A stretch of DNA of 64,000 bases from Phoronis australis. Lineage: Eukaryota > Animalia > Phoronida. The stretch covers positions 563,395 through 627,394 of the forward strand of contig NMRA01000011.1 of the NCBI GenBank assembly GCA_002633005.1, given 5' to 3'. The position numbers and the translations under genes are program-made. Positions 11,814 to 24,870 of the stretch are shown in pieces (positions within the stretch are counted from its first letter, which is position 1; each line of letters opens with the position of its first letter). Below the pieces are notes generated by a model that saw only the letters and a list, made by a program, of their open reading frames with translations, was not told the origin of the DNA and made no database searches.

Positions 11814-14439
11814 TTAACCGGTGTGTTGTTCACACTGCAGCAACGTAAACAAAAGTCAGCGACAATAGAAAAATGTACACCGAACATTTCCCAATTAAGC
11901 ACCGATTTTTCTGTACAACAGACCACAAACTATATCCACATTTCCTCCATCAGTGCCAGTTTGTTCATCGCTGGTCTTTACAGCCAAGAGGACTCGCAAG
12001 CAATTCCTCAAATGGCTACCCGCTGGTTCCCTGCGTGCCGCTAGGTGGTAGCCAGCACGCAGGTATCATTTAACTTTTTCCGGTGTTTCTGAATGGCTGG
12101 TCGTATTCTCAACAGACAGCGCTTTACGCAAACAAACTGGCATGACTGATGGAGGAATTCTAAATGTGGACGGTCTATTGTGCAGACAAATCAGTGCTTA
12201 AAATTCATGTTCAAGAAATGTGAATCCCAGAAAATTGTGGTTGCTCCTTTTCGGAGTGAATCTTTTGTTTGCGTTGCTCTCCTGTATTCATACAGTATGA
12301 ATAAAACAGCTAGTAGTTAAATCGGCCAGATATGACGGTGTGTTTATTGTCTTCAAGAACGCAGCTATAGACCCGATTCACGCCGACAGGAGGCGCGTTC
12401 CAAAACGAGGCTCGCTACGTTAGCTCTGTTGGCATATTCAGGGTTGTATTCCGCGGTGATCGGACGGGCTAGAAAAATACGGACACTCAACTGTCTGTTT
12501 TACAATCCCTCGTAGCTCATCGGCAAAACGCGCGGAGATGAATAGTGCGCGCGCTTCCGTAGCCAAGCATTTTAGATGGATCCACCTCTGAAAGAGCAGC
12601 TCTATAGCTGATTTCTTTAGGTAACTAGCTTCTTTACTCTAAAATATGTTTTGATTTGATTAGGGTAAATACTGTGGTGTCGCAACCCTGATATTCAGGC
12701 GAATTGACGGGCAACGTTTTTACCTCATCTGTCATGCCGTGTCATGATTACACTCCACACGTTTGTAACTCGAATTTGACTGATGTATAGTAAAGTTGTC
12801 TTGCGCAATATCATACAGTGTACATGTACATGTAATATTCCTGAAAAAAAATCTTTTTCCGAAGAAATGCTATTGTGGCGGGCGCCGTGGTCTGGTCGCG
12901 AGTTCGTTTGAAGATACAATCTAACAGTGAAGTTATGTCTATACAAGGAATGACCAAGGGGGCACTCACATTGACAAAGCGACCGCATTCGAGAACAGTG
13001 TACAGTACCAGAAATTGCGGGGAGGCTGTTCTTTCACAACAAAGTCTTGCGGGTCTCGTGCAATGTTCAATAGGCTTCCTAAGGAGCCCTAGTTCCGACC
13101 TCAACAGCTACCGTCTTTCTACCGCAATAAGCCCACTACCGTCTTCTATACTGGGAATTTCCGCAGAAAGACCGACCCGACGAAACGCTCATGCCCATGG
13201 GCATTTATTTGATGTTAGTACTTCGGGATTCAAGCGTTCAGACATTGGGACGTTTATTTCGAAAATTGCAAGAGGTGCAAATAGGTCCTGGGATATATCG
13301 TCAAGGTTTGAAGTAATCCATGATGAACGGATCACATTTAGTTGCGCATGTAAGTCTTTTGAATGGACTTGGCAACCTCAAGGGTCTTTGCGCCAACCGA
13401 GCTGCGAAACGAGGTGCTGGCATTGTAGAGGCTTACAAGATCATTGACACAGCAGTTGACGAAGTGCAAGCGTTGGGAACAAACATCGAAGATACCTGAG
13501 TAGAATGGTTCCAAGACGAGCAAACCATTGGATCCGATATACGGATTCCTCGGCAGTCTAGACAACAGAAGGATAGGACTAACGTATGAGTAACCACTGG
13601 GGATTAAAAAGTGTCTAGAGAGAAGTTTTCAATTCATTTTTTTGCATAGTACACTTTAGGTCTCGCGACAAACCAGGCCAGCTTGATTTGTGTAGATATT
13701 GAGTTTCAGTGTACTTCTGGTCGCTCGGCGAACTAGTCTTGTGATTTTTTTACCAAAGTGTGCTTTGTAAAACTATTTATCTCAGCCAGTACTGTTTGGT
13801 CCCGAGACAGATTGACTATTTTTATAGGGATAATAAGCACAGGTGTACTCTTGGTCTCGTGACGGACCAGGTCAGCCTTTTTGTGTACTCTCAGTGTATA
13901 TCAGGTCCTTCTGCAAACTGGTCCAGTATATCTTTTCACCACTGTGCACAGGATGTTTTGGTTTCGTGAACCTGTTTTCAGATGATTTGTTTCCTGATAC
14001 ATTTGACGTTTTTCAATTGTTGTCAACGTGATTCAGCTTAATAACTAACAGTACAGGTCTTCGTTCTTAAACAACTTGAGGCTGCTGTTACGCGATCATC
14101 TGATATTAAAATTTTTATGCCCCGTCGGCGCTCTTTATGCTCTTGAATATTTGGAAGTTGTCTAAACCCCTGTATACACACCACACTTTTTCTTTCACAT
14201 ATGACTTTTCGTATGCTAAAAAAGGTGTGTGTAAGCAGATGTTCCAGCAAAAATTTTTGCTGGTGGCATGACTCATATCGAGATGTGCACAATATGGTTT
14301 CACGAAACTTACGAGCCAAGTTCATGTGACGAAATCGAGAAGGGTTTTAAATTATCTTAAGAAAAACTCCGGAGACATGTTAAGTGCCAGAAACTTACCA
14401 GGATGCATGGAAATTTCACTATTTGGCTACAAAAACAAA

Positions 14440-14553
14440 ATAATGTCTTACACGGGAGGGGGAAACCTCCCCCCGCTCGGCGCCACTCGCCTAGGATTCG
14501 ACCTTTGCGGGAATCCTAAACCCCCCCTTACTGAAAACGTAGATCCGCCACTG
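14440..14553. mobile_element. Right-end fragment of the CAGTGGCGGATC MITE family
   Basis: Closely matches 33150-33264 (cttacacgggaggg...cctaaaccccccttactgaaa..gatccgccactg). I did not find the left end. Confidence 0.7.
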
Positions 14554-14825
14554 ATTTAAGTCAATATGAAAGTGCCTTATTACGTAATCAATTGTCAAAC
14601 TCTTGCTTAACCCCATCCGGTATTTCCAGTGACAGACAAGCTTTTGGAAAGCCAAGACCTAGTATGGACGCGATTTCACTGCTGATTAATCGCGCACAGA
14701 CGAAGTCCAGACTGGGGTTAGCCTCGGTCTAGCCGAGTTCGATGGGAAGAGAATTTCGAACAGCACTGTCTATTTGCAACAGTTTCAATGAAATTTGCCA
14801 TGGTACGACGTCTGAAAAGGATTTC

Positions 14826-15314
14826 AGCCATATTTGCCAATATTCAGCTGCCACATTGGCTTTGCGCTTATCGTATTTCGCAACAGTAACTAAGGTTTGG
14901 CCAATCGTGCGATGTCAGGGCTGCGTAAAATGTATCATATTAATAGTGCCATCGAATTCTAGCTTTTATAGAGAGGATGTTTTGATACGCCGACTCATTT
15001 CTTCTAAAACACTACTGGCTACACCAGATCCCATTATCAAGCTTCTTGAAGGCAGGNAGCCATATTTGCCAATATTCAGCTGCCACATTGGCTTTGCGCT
15101 TATCGTATTTCGCAACAGTAACTAAGGTTTGGCTTATACGTGCGTTTGTCAGAATAGTCCAATCGTGCAATGTCAGGGCTGCGTAAAATGTATCATATTA
15201 ATAGTGCCATCGAATTCTAGCTTTTATAGAGAGGATGTTTTGATACGCCGACTCATTTCTTCTAAAGCACTACTGGCTACACCAGATCCCATTATCAAGC
15301 TTCTTGAAGGCAGG
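14826..15314. repeat. Tandem duplication 14826-15056 / 15058-15314 split by n (probable haplotypes)
   Basis: Copies are near-identical; the second has a short insertion near 15133-15159. Confidence 0.85.
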
Positions 15315-15453
15315 ACAAAGACTGGAGTTTTGTGCGTATGCATATGTTATTTTCACAGTGCCTTACGTCTTATGCGTCTGTAGACGATAAAGTAGTCACC
15401 TCTTTCAAAACAGTATAGATTTCATTCGCGTGTTTTATTGAAATTCGGGATAC

Positions 15454-16698
15454 ATGAGTATGACGTTTACAATATATCACTGTTTCTCTTTGATATCGCT
15501 TCGACATCGGTTTCGACCGTTTCTGTCGGTCGCAATGGCCCTCTGTGTGATTACGCCTGCTTGCGTCATCATGTTGCCTTTCTACAGCCAGTCTGGATCG
15601 TATGAAAGGAATATTTGCGGACACCGAATGTGCAAACCGAAGACCAATGTCGTGTTTTTGAAAACTCACAAAACCGGAAGTTGTACCATACAGAACATTT
15701 TGTTTCGTTATGGCGACACCAAAGATTTAGTGTTTGCTCTTGGCAAAGGTGATAACAGATTTGGTTGGCCTCGAAAAATCAAACAGTCGTCTGTTCTTTC
15801 GGTATTCTTGAATGGAACTCGTGTGGAAAAATTTAATATTTTGGCCCAGCACATGCGCTTTAATGCAGAGGAAGTGAAATCCTTTATGCCCAATGACAGC
15901 GTTTTTGTGACGATTATGCGAGAGCCCTCTAGCTTGTTTTCTTCTGCATTATCCTATCTGCCTATTTATTACGATAATTGTTTTAATTTGACGACTGACA
16001 ACAAGGCCGAGGATTTCGTGAGTAATTTAAAAAGTATTCAAAATACCAGACAGCGCATGTGTAAACATCGAAACCGCGGTGTGCCATCTCATGACGTCAC
16101 TATGTTTGACATCGGCCTAGATTTAACGGAATTGGACAACGAAACTCGAGTTATTGAGAAAGTGAAGGAAGTAGAGTCATTGTTTTCGTTAATAATGATT
16201 ACAGAATATTTTGACGAGTCTTTAGTTCTACTTAAGGAGCAATTAAATTGGAAAACTGAGGACATTGTTTACTTCAGGCACAACACACTCAAACATTCAA
16301 AAAACCGTTTGTCCGAAGAAATCGAGAAGAAGCTTAGAGAATGGAACCGTGCGGACACCATCGCTTATGATTATTTCACAAAAGTTTTACAGAAAAAAAT
16401 GGAGAAATTCGGGCTTGAAAGACTTCGTAAAGAGGTAGAGCATTTAAGAACAATGTGTAGAGAATGGGAAGCGTTTTGCGTTGAGAAGATCGTTATAGGA
16501 AAAGAGATGTTGCTTGGTGATCCCAACAGACCGTACAACCTCATGGCTAATGGGTACGTTCTGAGACGCGAAGCAAGAGACAACGAAACGTGCGTTCAAC
16601 TGACGAGAACGGAAAATCCCTACACGCGCGTGCTGTATAAAAAAATGATGCAACGTCGTAAACACATCAAATCCCCTTTCTTTAACAATACCCAATGA
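15454..16698 (+). CDS. GAL3ST: Galactose-3-O-sulfotransferase (GAL3ST / cerebroside sulfotransferase family), type II membrane protein, 414 aa
   Basis: N-terminal hydrophobic anchor; 5'-PAPS motif VFLKTHKTGSCTIQNILFRYG; FNILAQHMRF; 3'-PAPS motif TIMREP..LFSS; LIMITEYFDESLVLLK; WNRAD..YDYF. The ORF is uninterrupted. Confidence 0.93.
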   Translation: MSMTFTIYHCFSLISLRHRFRPFLSVAMALCVITPACVIMLPFYSQSGSYERNICGHRMCKPKTNVVFLKTHKTGSCTIQNILFRYGDTKDLVFALGKGDNRFGWPRKIKQSSVLSVFLNGTRVEKFNILAQHMRFNAEEVKSFMPNDSVFVTIMREPSSLFSSALSYLPIYYDNCFNLTTDNKAEDFVSNLKSIQNTRQRMCKHRNRGVPSHDVTMFDIGLDLTELDNETRVIEKVKEVESLFSLIMITEYFDESLVLLKEQLNWKTEDIVYFRHNTLKHSKNRLSEEIEKKLREWNRADTIAYDYFTKVLQKKMEKFGLERLRKEVEHLRTMCREWEAFCVEKIVIGKEMLLGDPNRPYNLMANGYVLRREARDNETCVQLTRTENPYTRVLYKKMMQRRKHIKSPFFNNTQ

Positions 16699-16804
16699 GT
16701 GCCTTGAAGAACTTTCATCTATACTGATACATAGTCTGCGGAAAATAACTTTCAGAGGATATTATAGAAATAGAGGGATCGAGAAAAATCTCAACGTCTA
16801 TCAC

Positions 16805-16960
16805 CATGGTCGGCGCACCATAGGGGACTGGGGGGTTGGCTATAGCTCCCCACTTTTGCCAGTGCTACGCCGCACATGGTCTATAGGCGGTGCGCCACAG
16901 GTGGGCTGAGGGGGATTTAGCGCCCACCCCCCAACTTTTTTCAGTGCTGCGCCGCCCATG
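16805..16960. mobile_element. Dimeric MITE (CATGG..CCATG termini), 5-bp TSD ATCAC
   Basis: ATCAC at 16800-16804 and 16961-16965. Two ~75-bp TIR-bounded units are joined by GTC. A reverse-complement relative is at 34021-34160. Confidence 0.8.
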
Positions 16961-19900
16961 ATCACACGCTGGTTACCAGCTTTCTTGATTTATTGTTTCT
17001 TGCACCGGTCGTCACATGTTTTTCCACTGGACTATCATAGCAGCCTTCACTTCAAAGTTGTGGATGATGATATTGATGACGATAATGATGGTGGCGTTGA
17101 TGAACATGATGATAACGAGTGAAGATTTCATAAATGAGTGAGAAGTGAGCGATAGTATTGTTCAATAGAAGGTAAACCAAAAAAGGTGCGGCAGAGGTCA
17201 GTCAACAAAGAAAAAAGCGTCATCAGAAAATCCCGAATAATTCAAAAAAGAACCGTCACAGAGAAATTTGGAAAACATCTTTTGAAAACTCGTCCAAAAC
17301 GTTATTTACCAGTATAGTCTTACAGAACTCCACGAAATTTTCGAAATATCTCAAATTTTGAAAATATTTTGAAATTCAAAGTCAACAACGGTAAGTCTGA
17401 GAAAAAAATCAGTTAGTGTTGATTTGAAAGAGCATACCTTAAAAAAATTGGCATGCAAAAATTCGCATCATTTGCTCTTCCTGATTAAAATGTCACCCAG
17501 GCACCATTGAGACTGAGGGACGTAAATGCGCCAGAACCGCCATTTTGAAAACAACTTTCCGTTAAGCAGACTTTATAATAGCTACTCAAATGAAACTAAC
17601 ACATGAACATTCTTGAAGCAGTTGTTTCAACTTCTACAATGCGCCCTCTACAGGGCAAAACATTTTCGTCACGAAATCGAGGTGCTGCCCAAACGCAAAA
17701 TTGCGGACTCTATAAGCATTTGAATCTGAATTCGAAAACAAAAGGGCAGCCATGTCCGCCATCTTGAATCCGATCATGACCAAAACCAATCGGCTCTCAG
17801 GTTTTGTTGAGCTATAGGTTGTGTGCGAATTTCGTGCAAATCGGACGAAAATGCTACATGTAGAGTGCGAACAAACAAAGAACAAACTTGGTGACAAAGC
17901 AACATAATTGGCAATTTAATTTCGCCAAGTAATAATCAAGGGTAACACTTGGTATCCATTACGTCGGAATTGGAACTCGTTTTGCGAGTAACCGTCATGG
18001 CATCCTCATTTGTGAGATACAGACGTATGAATTCTGTCTCATCAGCAAAACGGAGCTGAAAGTCATCGCCGTGTGTACAGATTTCCCTTCAGCCGACTTT
18101 AGATGCATCAGGGCTTAACCGAAAAATCCACAGTGTCGGCGTTTGGAATCAAAAGGTCCAGCGTTTTAGGAATTCTAACCACACCTCGCACAATGCTGAC
18201 TACAGACCTACCCTCTTGATTTCAGGTGAAATCGACAAACAAGGAGCTTTCATAATTCTTGAAGTACTTAAAAATTCATGGGGATGGCGTCATTTTTGAT
18301 CATGTGACCTCTCCTGTAGGATTCGTGAGGAGTAAACAAAATGGGATCTCGACATTTAAAATACACAAGGCTGTTAAAATATACAAAACATCGAACGTAG
18401 CTTGTTCGTGAATTTAAATCAAATGTGTGTGAATATTAGGGGTTTGTTTTGACTACGGAATCGTCAGTTTGTGCTCATACTGGTATTACCCTTATTTATA
18501 AGTTACTCTTAAGATCCATTTTTTCGTGTTAGGCTTAGTTGTAAATTCAGTTAATTTGGTTTAGTTTACAGATTTCGCACTCCGTTCAAATGTTATGCTT
18601 GCTTCAGGTTGTCAATTTCATTTCCTTACGTAATGCAGAAAGTCACATTCGACACATCACTGCATTTGCCAATTTACTTTTACTGTATCTTTGTCTGTGT
18701 GTTTAGGGTGATTATTATGGAAAATGTTAGGTAAATATGTTGGTTATTTTGGCTTATAGTCTAGTAGTAGGGCTCGTACATTGCAAGTCTAGAGCAATGC
18801 ACGGTAGCAAGAATCAATACATCTATTTGCCGGTGAGTCGAAAACAGAATAATAAAATCATTTTCTCATGTTACCTTTAGGTTTGGCATATTCACATATT
18901 GTCGCAAGGGAGCCCAGGTTTGTTCACGTGGCTACGTTTCAAGTGGAGAAATAAGACTTTTTGTATAGTAGTTGTAACAAGAGATATAAACAAACGGAAG
19001 AAAATATAAACTAAGTAAGTTATTCCCCTTTTGGTTCTAATTACAAATGAACTTACTGCATGCGTGTTTGTGTTCAGTAGGAAATTCCAGATATTCTGCT
19101 GTATATTTCGTGACCTTTTTGCTCCACGGTGAAAGAAAACACTAGCGACAAATCACAGGACTGGTACATATATGAACACGAGGCCGTAAAGGGAAAACAG
19201 TGTAAGAGATGTGGTACCACGCTACTGTTTACGACGAACCCTTTCAATGGAAAGTTGTTTTGTATTTTAGTCTGAAATACCAGGGCGACGGAAGCAAAGA
19301 GCAGAACATTACAACCTTCAGAGCTCTGAGTTCACTTTTGGTATTTAGTGCCTTCAGGGTACCATATTCTTTTTAGGATACTAATAACTCTTTATAGCAT
19401 AGCCTTGATTGTACTAATAACTGCGTGTCACATTTCTATTCATAAAGTATTATTAAGTCAAATTGTCGTTTTGATTTCACATTACAGTAACTTTTGGATA
19501 GCGGTATACAGATTAAACAATATCACATGTATCTTTTACTTAAATTATTAACGTGCATGGTATTTTGCAGCAAACTTTGAAAAACGGGTTGGAAGTTATA
19601 CTGACAATGGTGGTTTGAATAATTTTGTAATTGATTCTAGACTTGACTTGAATATTTACTGTTCTACGTGTAGTAAATAAAGCTGTATCGTGTTCATTCG
19701 CCCTTCTTAGCTCAGTTGTTCAGTTCCGTATTTCGCGACCAAGGTAGAGTTCAATAACCCTGGGACCCCGCTAGAAAAACAAAACTTCGGGAGATTACCC
19801 GAAATATGCATTTTCAATGAGAACACGTGATTTTAACTAGATTTTTCAAGCTGCGAAAGAGCTATTCAACTACACCCATTTTATAGCGAGTTCGAAGCCT

Positions 19901-20169
19901 ATGGTTGAGTTTGTGGAGTCATTTTCAAGTTATTATTTTTCTAAAAAATACTTAGGCAGTTAAGATTTTATAACAACAATAATTGCTTTTATCCCATATG
20001 TGTGAAAATACGGGAATTGTTTACGTCATATGTGAAAATACGGGTATTGTATACGTCACAACGTACACACGGGAAAGTAGAACCAATCCGCGACGGCTTG
20101 TATCATTCCTACTGAATGCCACGAGGATCTTCGAAATGGTCGTCTCCAAATGTGTCTCGAATTGCGCTC

Positions 20170-20740
20170 GTTAGATGGCCCTCACGCAGTTATCCGTACA
20201 GATTCGGCTTCAGGTTTCCTTGGACATCATCGCATTTCAATTGAGATCGGACGCAACAAGAATCCCAATCATAACCCTGTTACAGAGAAGTCAATAATAG
20301 TTACTGCGTGATCAGCATGGTACCGACAATGTGAGTTCCTTACAGCTGGCCGTTGCTCGATTGAACAGCCGCCTTCGCTCCACCGGATTATCCGCTAGAG
20401 AGCATGGTTTCAGCGCAACCACTTCACCATGCAATTGCCAAATACCAGTTCATGACAACTTGTTGATCTCTTCCAAACGACAACGGCGCTCCATCAACCA
20501 TGGCCCCAGTGCGCGATCCAAAGCTCCTGTGGACAACCAGGAAGTAGAATGCGACGCATCCATCGGCGACCTCGTTCACTTCTACTCCAATACGGACAAG
20601 TCCAGAGCCCGTCTACGATACCTCGTAGTTACTTCCGATGGCGTGTGGTTCAGTGTTCGGAGATTTTCTGGAGATCAGTTACATAATGCTTGTTACCGTG
20701 TTAGAAACGCAGCAAGTAGACGTGTTACCGTGTTCCGGCC
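20170..20740 (+). mobile_element. Gypsy-type LTR retrotransposon integrase remnant
   Basis: The frameshifted translation [11 protein letters not shown]....[19 protein letters not shown] / LAVARLNSRLRSTGLSARE / IGDLVHFYS...RARLRYLVV..DG.W..VRRFSG.QL resembles an integrase core and C-terminus, from recall. Confidence 0.7.
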
Positions 20741-21721
20741 GTCAGAGGTTGCTGACGTACATGATTCCAGCTGCATCATCTGTCGCTGCCCCTTGTGACC
20801 ACGATGACGACGACGAGATCCCATCATCTTCTGCTGTTCCCGTATCCGTTTCATCGTTGCCTTTGCCCTGTGGTCCAGCTCCACTGGTACCAACTTAACT
20901 TGAATTCACGTAGCCTACTTGTCGTCCCACATGTGCCACCCACCATCGCTGGTTCCTCCCCTGATGCATCCCCCCAGAATGATTGTGCGACAACGCCTGC
21001 TGCTGAGGCCCCAGCTTTCCTGATCATCCAGAGGCCCAGAGGAGATCGCGACGGCATCGCCACAAACCTCATTGACAAACGGACGATTGGATTTACTTAT
21101 TTTACTTTGTGTTAACTTCCTTCGACGTCATACTAACTGGGGATCTTATTACCTATGTGTTTACTATTTATTTTTCAACTTTACCCGTTCTTGGTGTAAG
21201 TTTGCCTCATGTTCTGTGACAGGAGAAGTAATCACGCCATTGTAGCCTATTGTTGTTCGCATGGCTGTGTTTGGTTTGAACCTTTCCGGTCCCGTCTCGT
21301 CCTTGTGTTGTCGTCTGCGGATTAAACGCGTCAAACTTGCTACTCATTGTTGAGTTAATCTGGCGTAAGAATAAATAAACAATAGCAATTAAAAAAGCAA
21401 AACAATAAACGAAGTATAGTTACAAACGTCCCGTCCCTGTAGTAACATGATTTTGATCGTCTAATCATTGGGCGGCATAATTCGCCGAAAAGCTTCCGGC
21501 GTCACGTAGTGCCTATGAGATGGCCACCGTCTCTACTGCGGCCTTGAGACGGTGGTACTGTCTAGTCTAATAGGCGCCACGGGTTCTCGTCACTGGTCGC
21601 GACCACGCACTTCGATATCCCATGTGATTAATGGTACCTCGTACAGTGAAGTTGAGGCTCTTGCTCCAGTGGGTCATCGAGGTGAAGTAGTACCAGTAAG
21701 TAAATCTGGCGTGCGTTCAGA

Positions 21722-21830
21722 AACGCTAGGACCTGGCTAAAATCTAGACAAAGTTACGTGTTCTCGTTTAAAATACTCGGCAATATCTCACGTAATCTCT
21801 CGAAGTCCTGCTTTATAGCGAGGTCCTAGA
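21722..21830. mobile_element. Small MITE-like repeat with CTAGGACCT...AGGTCCTAG ends (copies ~23770-23878, inverted ~34820-34930, decayed ~19760-19850)
   Basis: The internal sequence acgtgttctc.tttaaaatac.cggcaatatctcacgtaat is shared and occurs in both orientations. Confidence 0.65.
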
Positions 21831-22825
21831 TAGAGTTACAGAACGGGAGATTGACGGATCTGACAGAGCCAAAAATACGGCGGACAAATAGCTGCAGGTA
21901 GCGCCATCTATATGTCATAATTCTCTAGCCTAAGTGCGCAGAACTAAAGTAAGCAATGCCCCTTTGACTGCAATAGGACCTCTCAAGTCGATTTTTTTAG
22001 TTCAATTCCACGTACCTGTTCCACTTTGAATAACCGTTATCAGTTACGAAAATACATACAAAGTTGTACTGTAAACCAAAACAAAGTCACTGTGAAGGCC
22101 TACCTCAGTTAAGAGAATGTAAAAGCATACCTTAGTGGTCATCTGATTTAAATACACCGCACGACTTCCCCATTGATTGATCAGAGATGAACACAAGGCT
22201 GGATTTTGAGACTATTCCCCATGTCGTGCGGTTGAAATCAATATTTCGACCATAGTTACGCCGTTAATATGTCATAAAACAAAACAACAAATATTACATT
22301 TTATGGACAAGGGACTGTCCTTTCTAATAGCTTACATTATATTCTTCTCAAGTAAGCAGTAAGTCTTCCATAAGTTTCGCAAATCAACTTAAAACCGTAA
22401 CTTGACCTCTTGAACCTTTCTGGCTATGTCTTCCTGTGGGGACACAAACACGTGCCGTATTTTCAGTATAATTTATGGAAGCTACGTAAACGAAATTGTT
22501 AGACTTAATTGAGTCAGTTTTGATATCTCTATCGTAACTTGGACATGTCCGCACTCACCGTAAATTTGTTAAGTGAGATGGACTTTGACCATTAGTGTGG
22601 GTAGCCACGCGAGAAAATGTTAATGTCGATCCAATTAAACTTCTATTATCCTCATTGAGGCTAAATTTTGTCATCAAAATCATCAAAGCTTGTCAGTGAT
22701 TACAAAATTGAAAAATCCATCATGCGAATAAGACACGAACAGTACAAATTGAGAAGTTAACACGCATTTTGTGAGTAAATAGCAGAAGATATCCACGAAA
22801 CGCTGTTGCTGTTTGGTCATTCGCC

Positions 22826-22904
22826 ATGGTTCGGACAGTCTTGTTAGTAATCTTGGTGGCTTTGGCGAAGGCGCACATTATACTTGCTGGTACCAACGGT
22901 AAAG
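22826..22904 (+). CDS. Duplicate (likely allelic) copy of the signal-peptide exon of the EGFR-like gene
   Basis: gccATG start, MVRTVLLVILVALAKAHIILAGTNGK, donor AAG|GTACGT. It differs from the 24871 copy by T4S. Confidence 0.5.
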
Positions 22905-24870
22905 GTACGTGATGAGAATGAGTCGTTTACTTTCAATAGATTGCCATTGATACATGTAAGTCAAATGTATGCGANNNNNNNNNNNNNNNNNNNNNNNNNN
23001 NNNNNNNNNNNNNNNNNNNNNNNNNNNNNNNNNNNNNNNNNNNNNNNNNNNNNNNNNNNNNNNNNNNNNNNNNNNNNNNNNNNNNNNNNNNNNNNNNNNN
23101 NNNNNNNNNNNNNNNNNNNNNNNNNNNNNNNNNNNNNNNNNNNNNNNNNNNNNNNNNNNNNNNNNNNNNNNNNNNNNNNNNNNNNNNNNNNNNNNNNNNN
23201 GCTATGTGTTTACTATTTATTTTTCAACTTTACCCGTTCTTGGTGTAAGTTTCCCTCATCTTCTGTGACAGGAGAAGTAATACGCCATTGTAGCCTATTG
23301 TTGTTCGCATGGCTGTGTTTGGTTTGAACCTTTCCGGTCCCGTCTCGTCCTTGTGTTATCGTCTGCGGATTAAACGCATGACTTGCTACTCATTGTTGAG
23401 TTAATCTGGCGTAAGAATAAATAAACAATAGCAATTCAAAAAAGCAAAACAATAAACGAAGTACAGTTACAAACGTCCCGTCCCTGTAGTAACATGATTT
23501 TGATCGTCTAATCACTGGGCGGCATAATTCGCCGAAAAGCTTCCGGCGTACGGAGTGCCTATGAGATGGCCACCGTCTCTACTGCGGCCTTGAGACGGTG
23601 GTACTGTCTAGTCTAATAGGCGCCACGGGTTCTCGTCACTGGTCGCGACCACGCACTTCTATATCCCATGTGATTCATGGTAGCTCGTACAGAGAAGTTG
23701 AGGCTCTTGCTCCAGAGTGTGTCATCGAGGTGCAGTAGTACCAGTAAATAAATCTGGCGTGCTTTTAGAAACGCTAGGACATAGCTAAAATCTGGACAAA
23801 GACACGTGTTCTCATTTAAAATACACGGCAATATCTCACGTAATCTCTCGAAGTCCTGCTTTTTAGCAAGGTCCTAGAGTTACTAAATGAGAGGATAACG
23901 GATCTGACAGAGACAAAAATATGGCGGACAAAAAGCTGCAGGTAGCGCCATCTATATGTCATAATTCTCTTGCCTGAGTGCGCAGAACTAAAGTAAGCAA
24001 TGTCCCTTTGACTGCACTCACGCTACGCGAGGACCTCTCAAGTCGATTTTTTTAGTTCAATTCCACCCTGTTCCACTTTGGATAACCGTTATCAGTTACG
24101 AAAATAGATACAAAGTGGTACTGTAAACCAAAACAAAGTCACTGTGAAGGCCTACCTCAGTTAAGAGAATGTAAAAGCATACCTTAGTGGTCATCTGATT
24201 TAAATACACCGCATGACTTCCCCATTGACTGATCAGAGATGAACACATAGGCTGGATTTTGAGACTATTCCCCATGTCGTGCGGTTGAAATCGATATTTT
24301 CATCATAGTTACGCCGTTAATGTGTCATAAAACAAAACAAAAATTATTACATTTTATGGACAAGGGACTGTCCTTTCTACTGGCTTACATTATATTCTTC
24401 TCAGTAACTCTTCCATAAGTTTCGCAAATCAACTTAAAACCGTAACTTGACCTCTTGAACCTTTCTGGCTATGTCTTCCTGTGGGGACACAAACACGTGC
24501 TGTATTTTCAGTATAATTTATGGAAGCTACGTAAACGAAATTGTTAGACTTAATTGAGTCAGTTTTGATATCTCTATCGTAACTTGGACATGTCCGCACT
24601 CACCGTAAATTTGTTAAGTGAGATGGACTTTGACCATTAGTGTGGGTAGCCACGCGAGAAAATGTTAATGTCGATCCAATTAAACTTCTATTATCGTCAT
24701 TGCGGCTAAATTTTGTCATCAAAATCATCAAAGCTTGTCAGTGATTACAAAATTGAAAAATCCATCATGCGAATAAGACACGAACAGTACAAATTGAGAA
24801 GTTAACACGCATTTTGTGAGTAAATAGCAGAAGATATCCACGAAACGCTGTTGCTGTTTGGTCATTCGCC

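Noticed and set aside
12362-12610. Possible MITE with CAGCTATAGA...TCTATAGCTG ends
   Set aside because: Only a 10-bp inverted match, with no TSD and no second copy in the window.
12875-13447. 190-aa plus-strand ORF and nearby coding-looking sequence to ~14330
   Set aside because: GTG start, no recognisable motif in the frames I read, and no convincing splice structure. It may be a decayed element.
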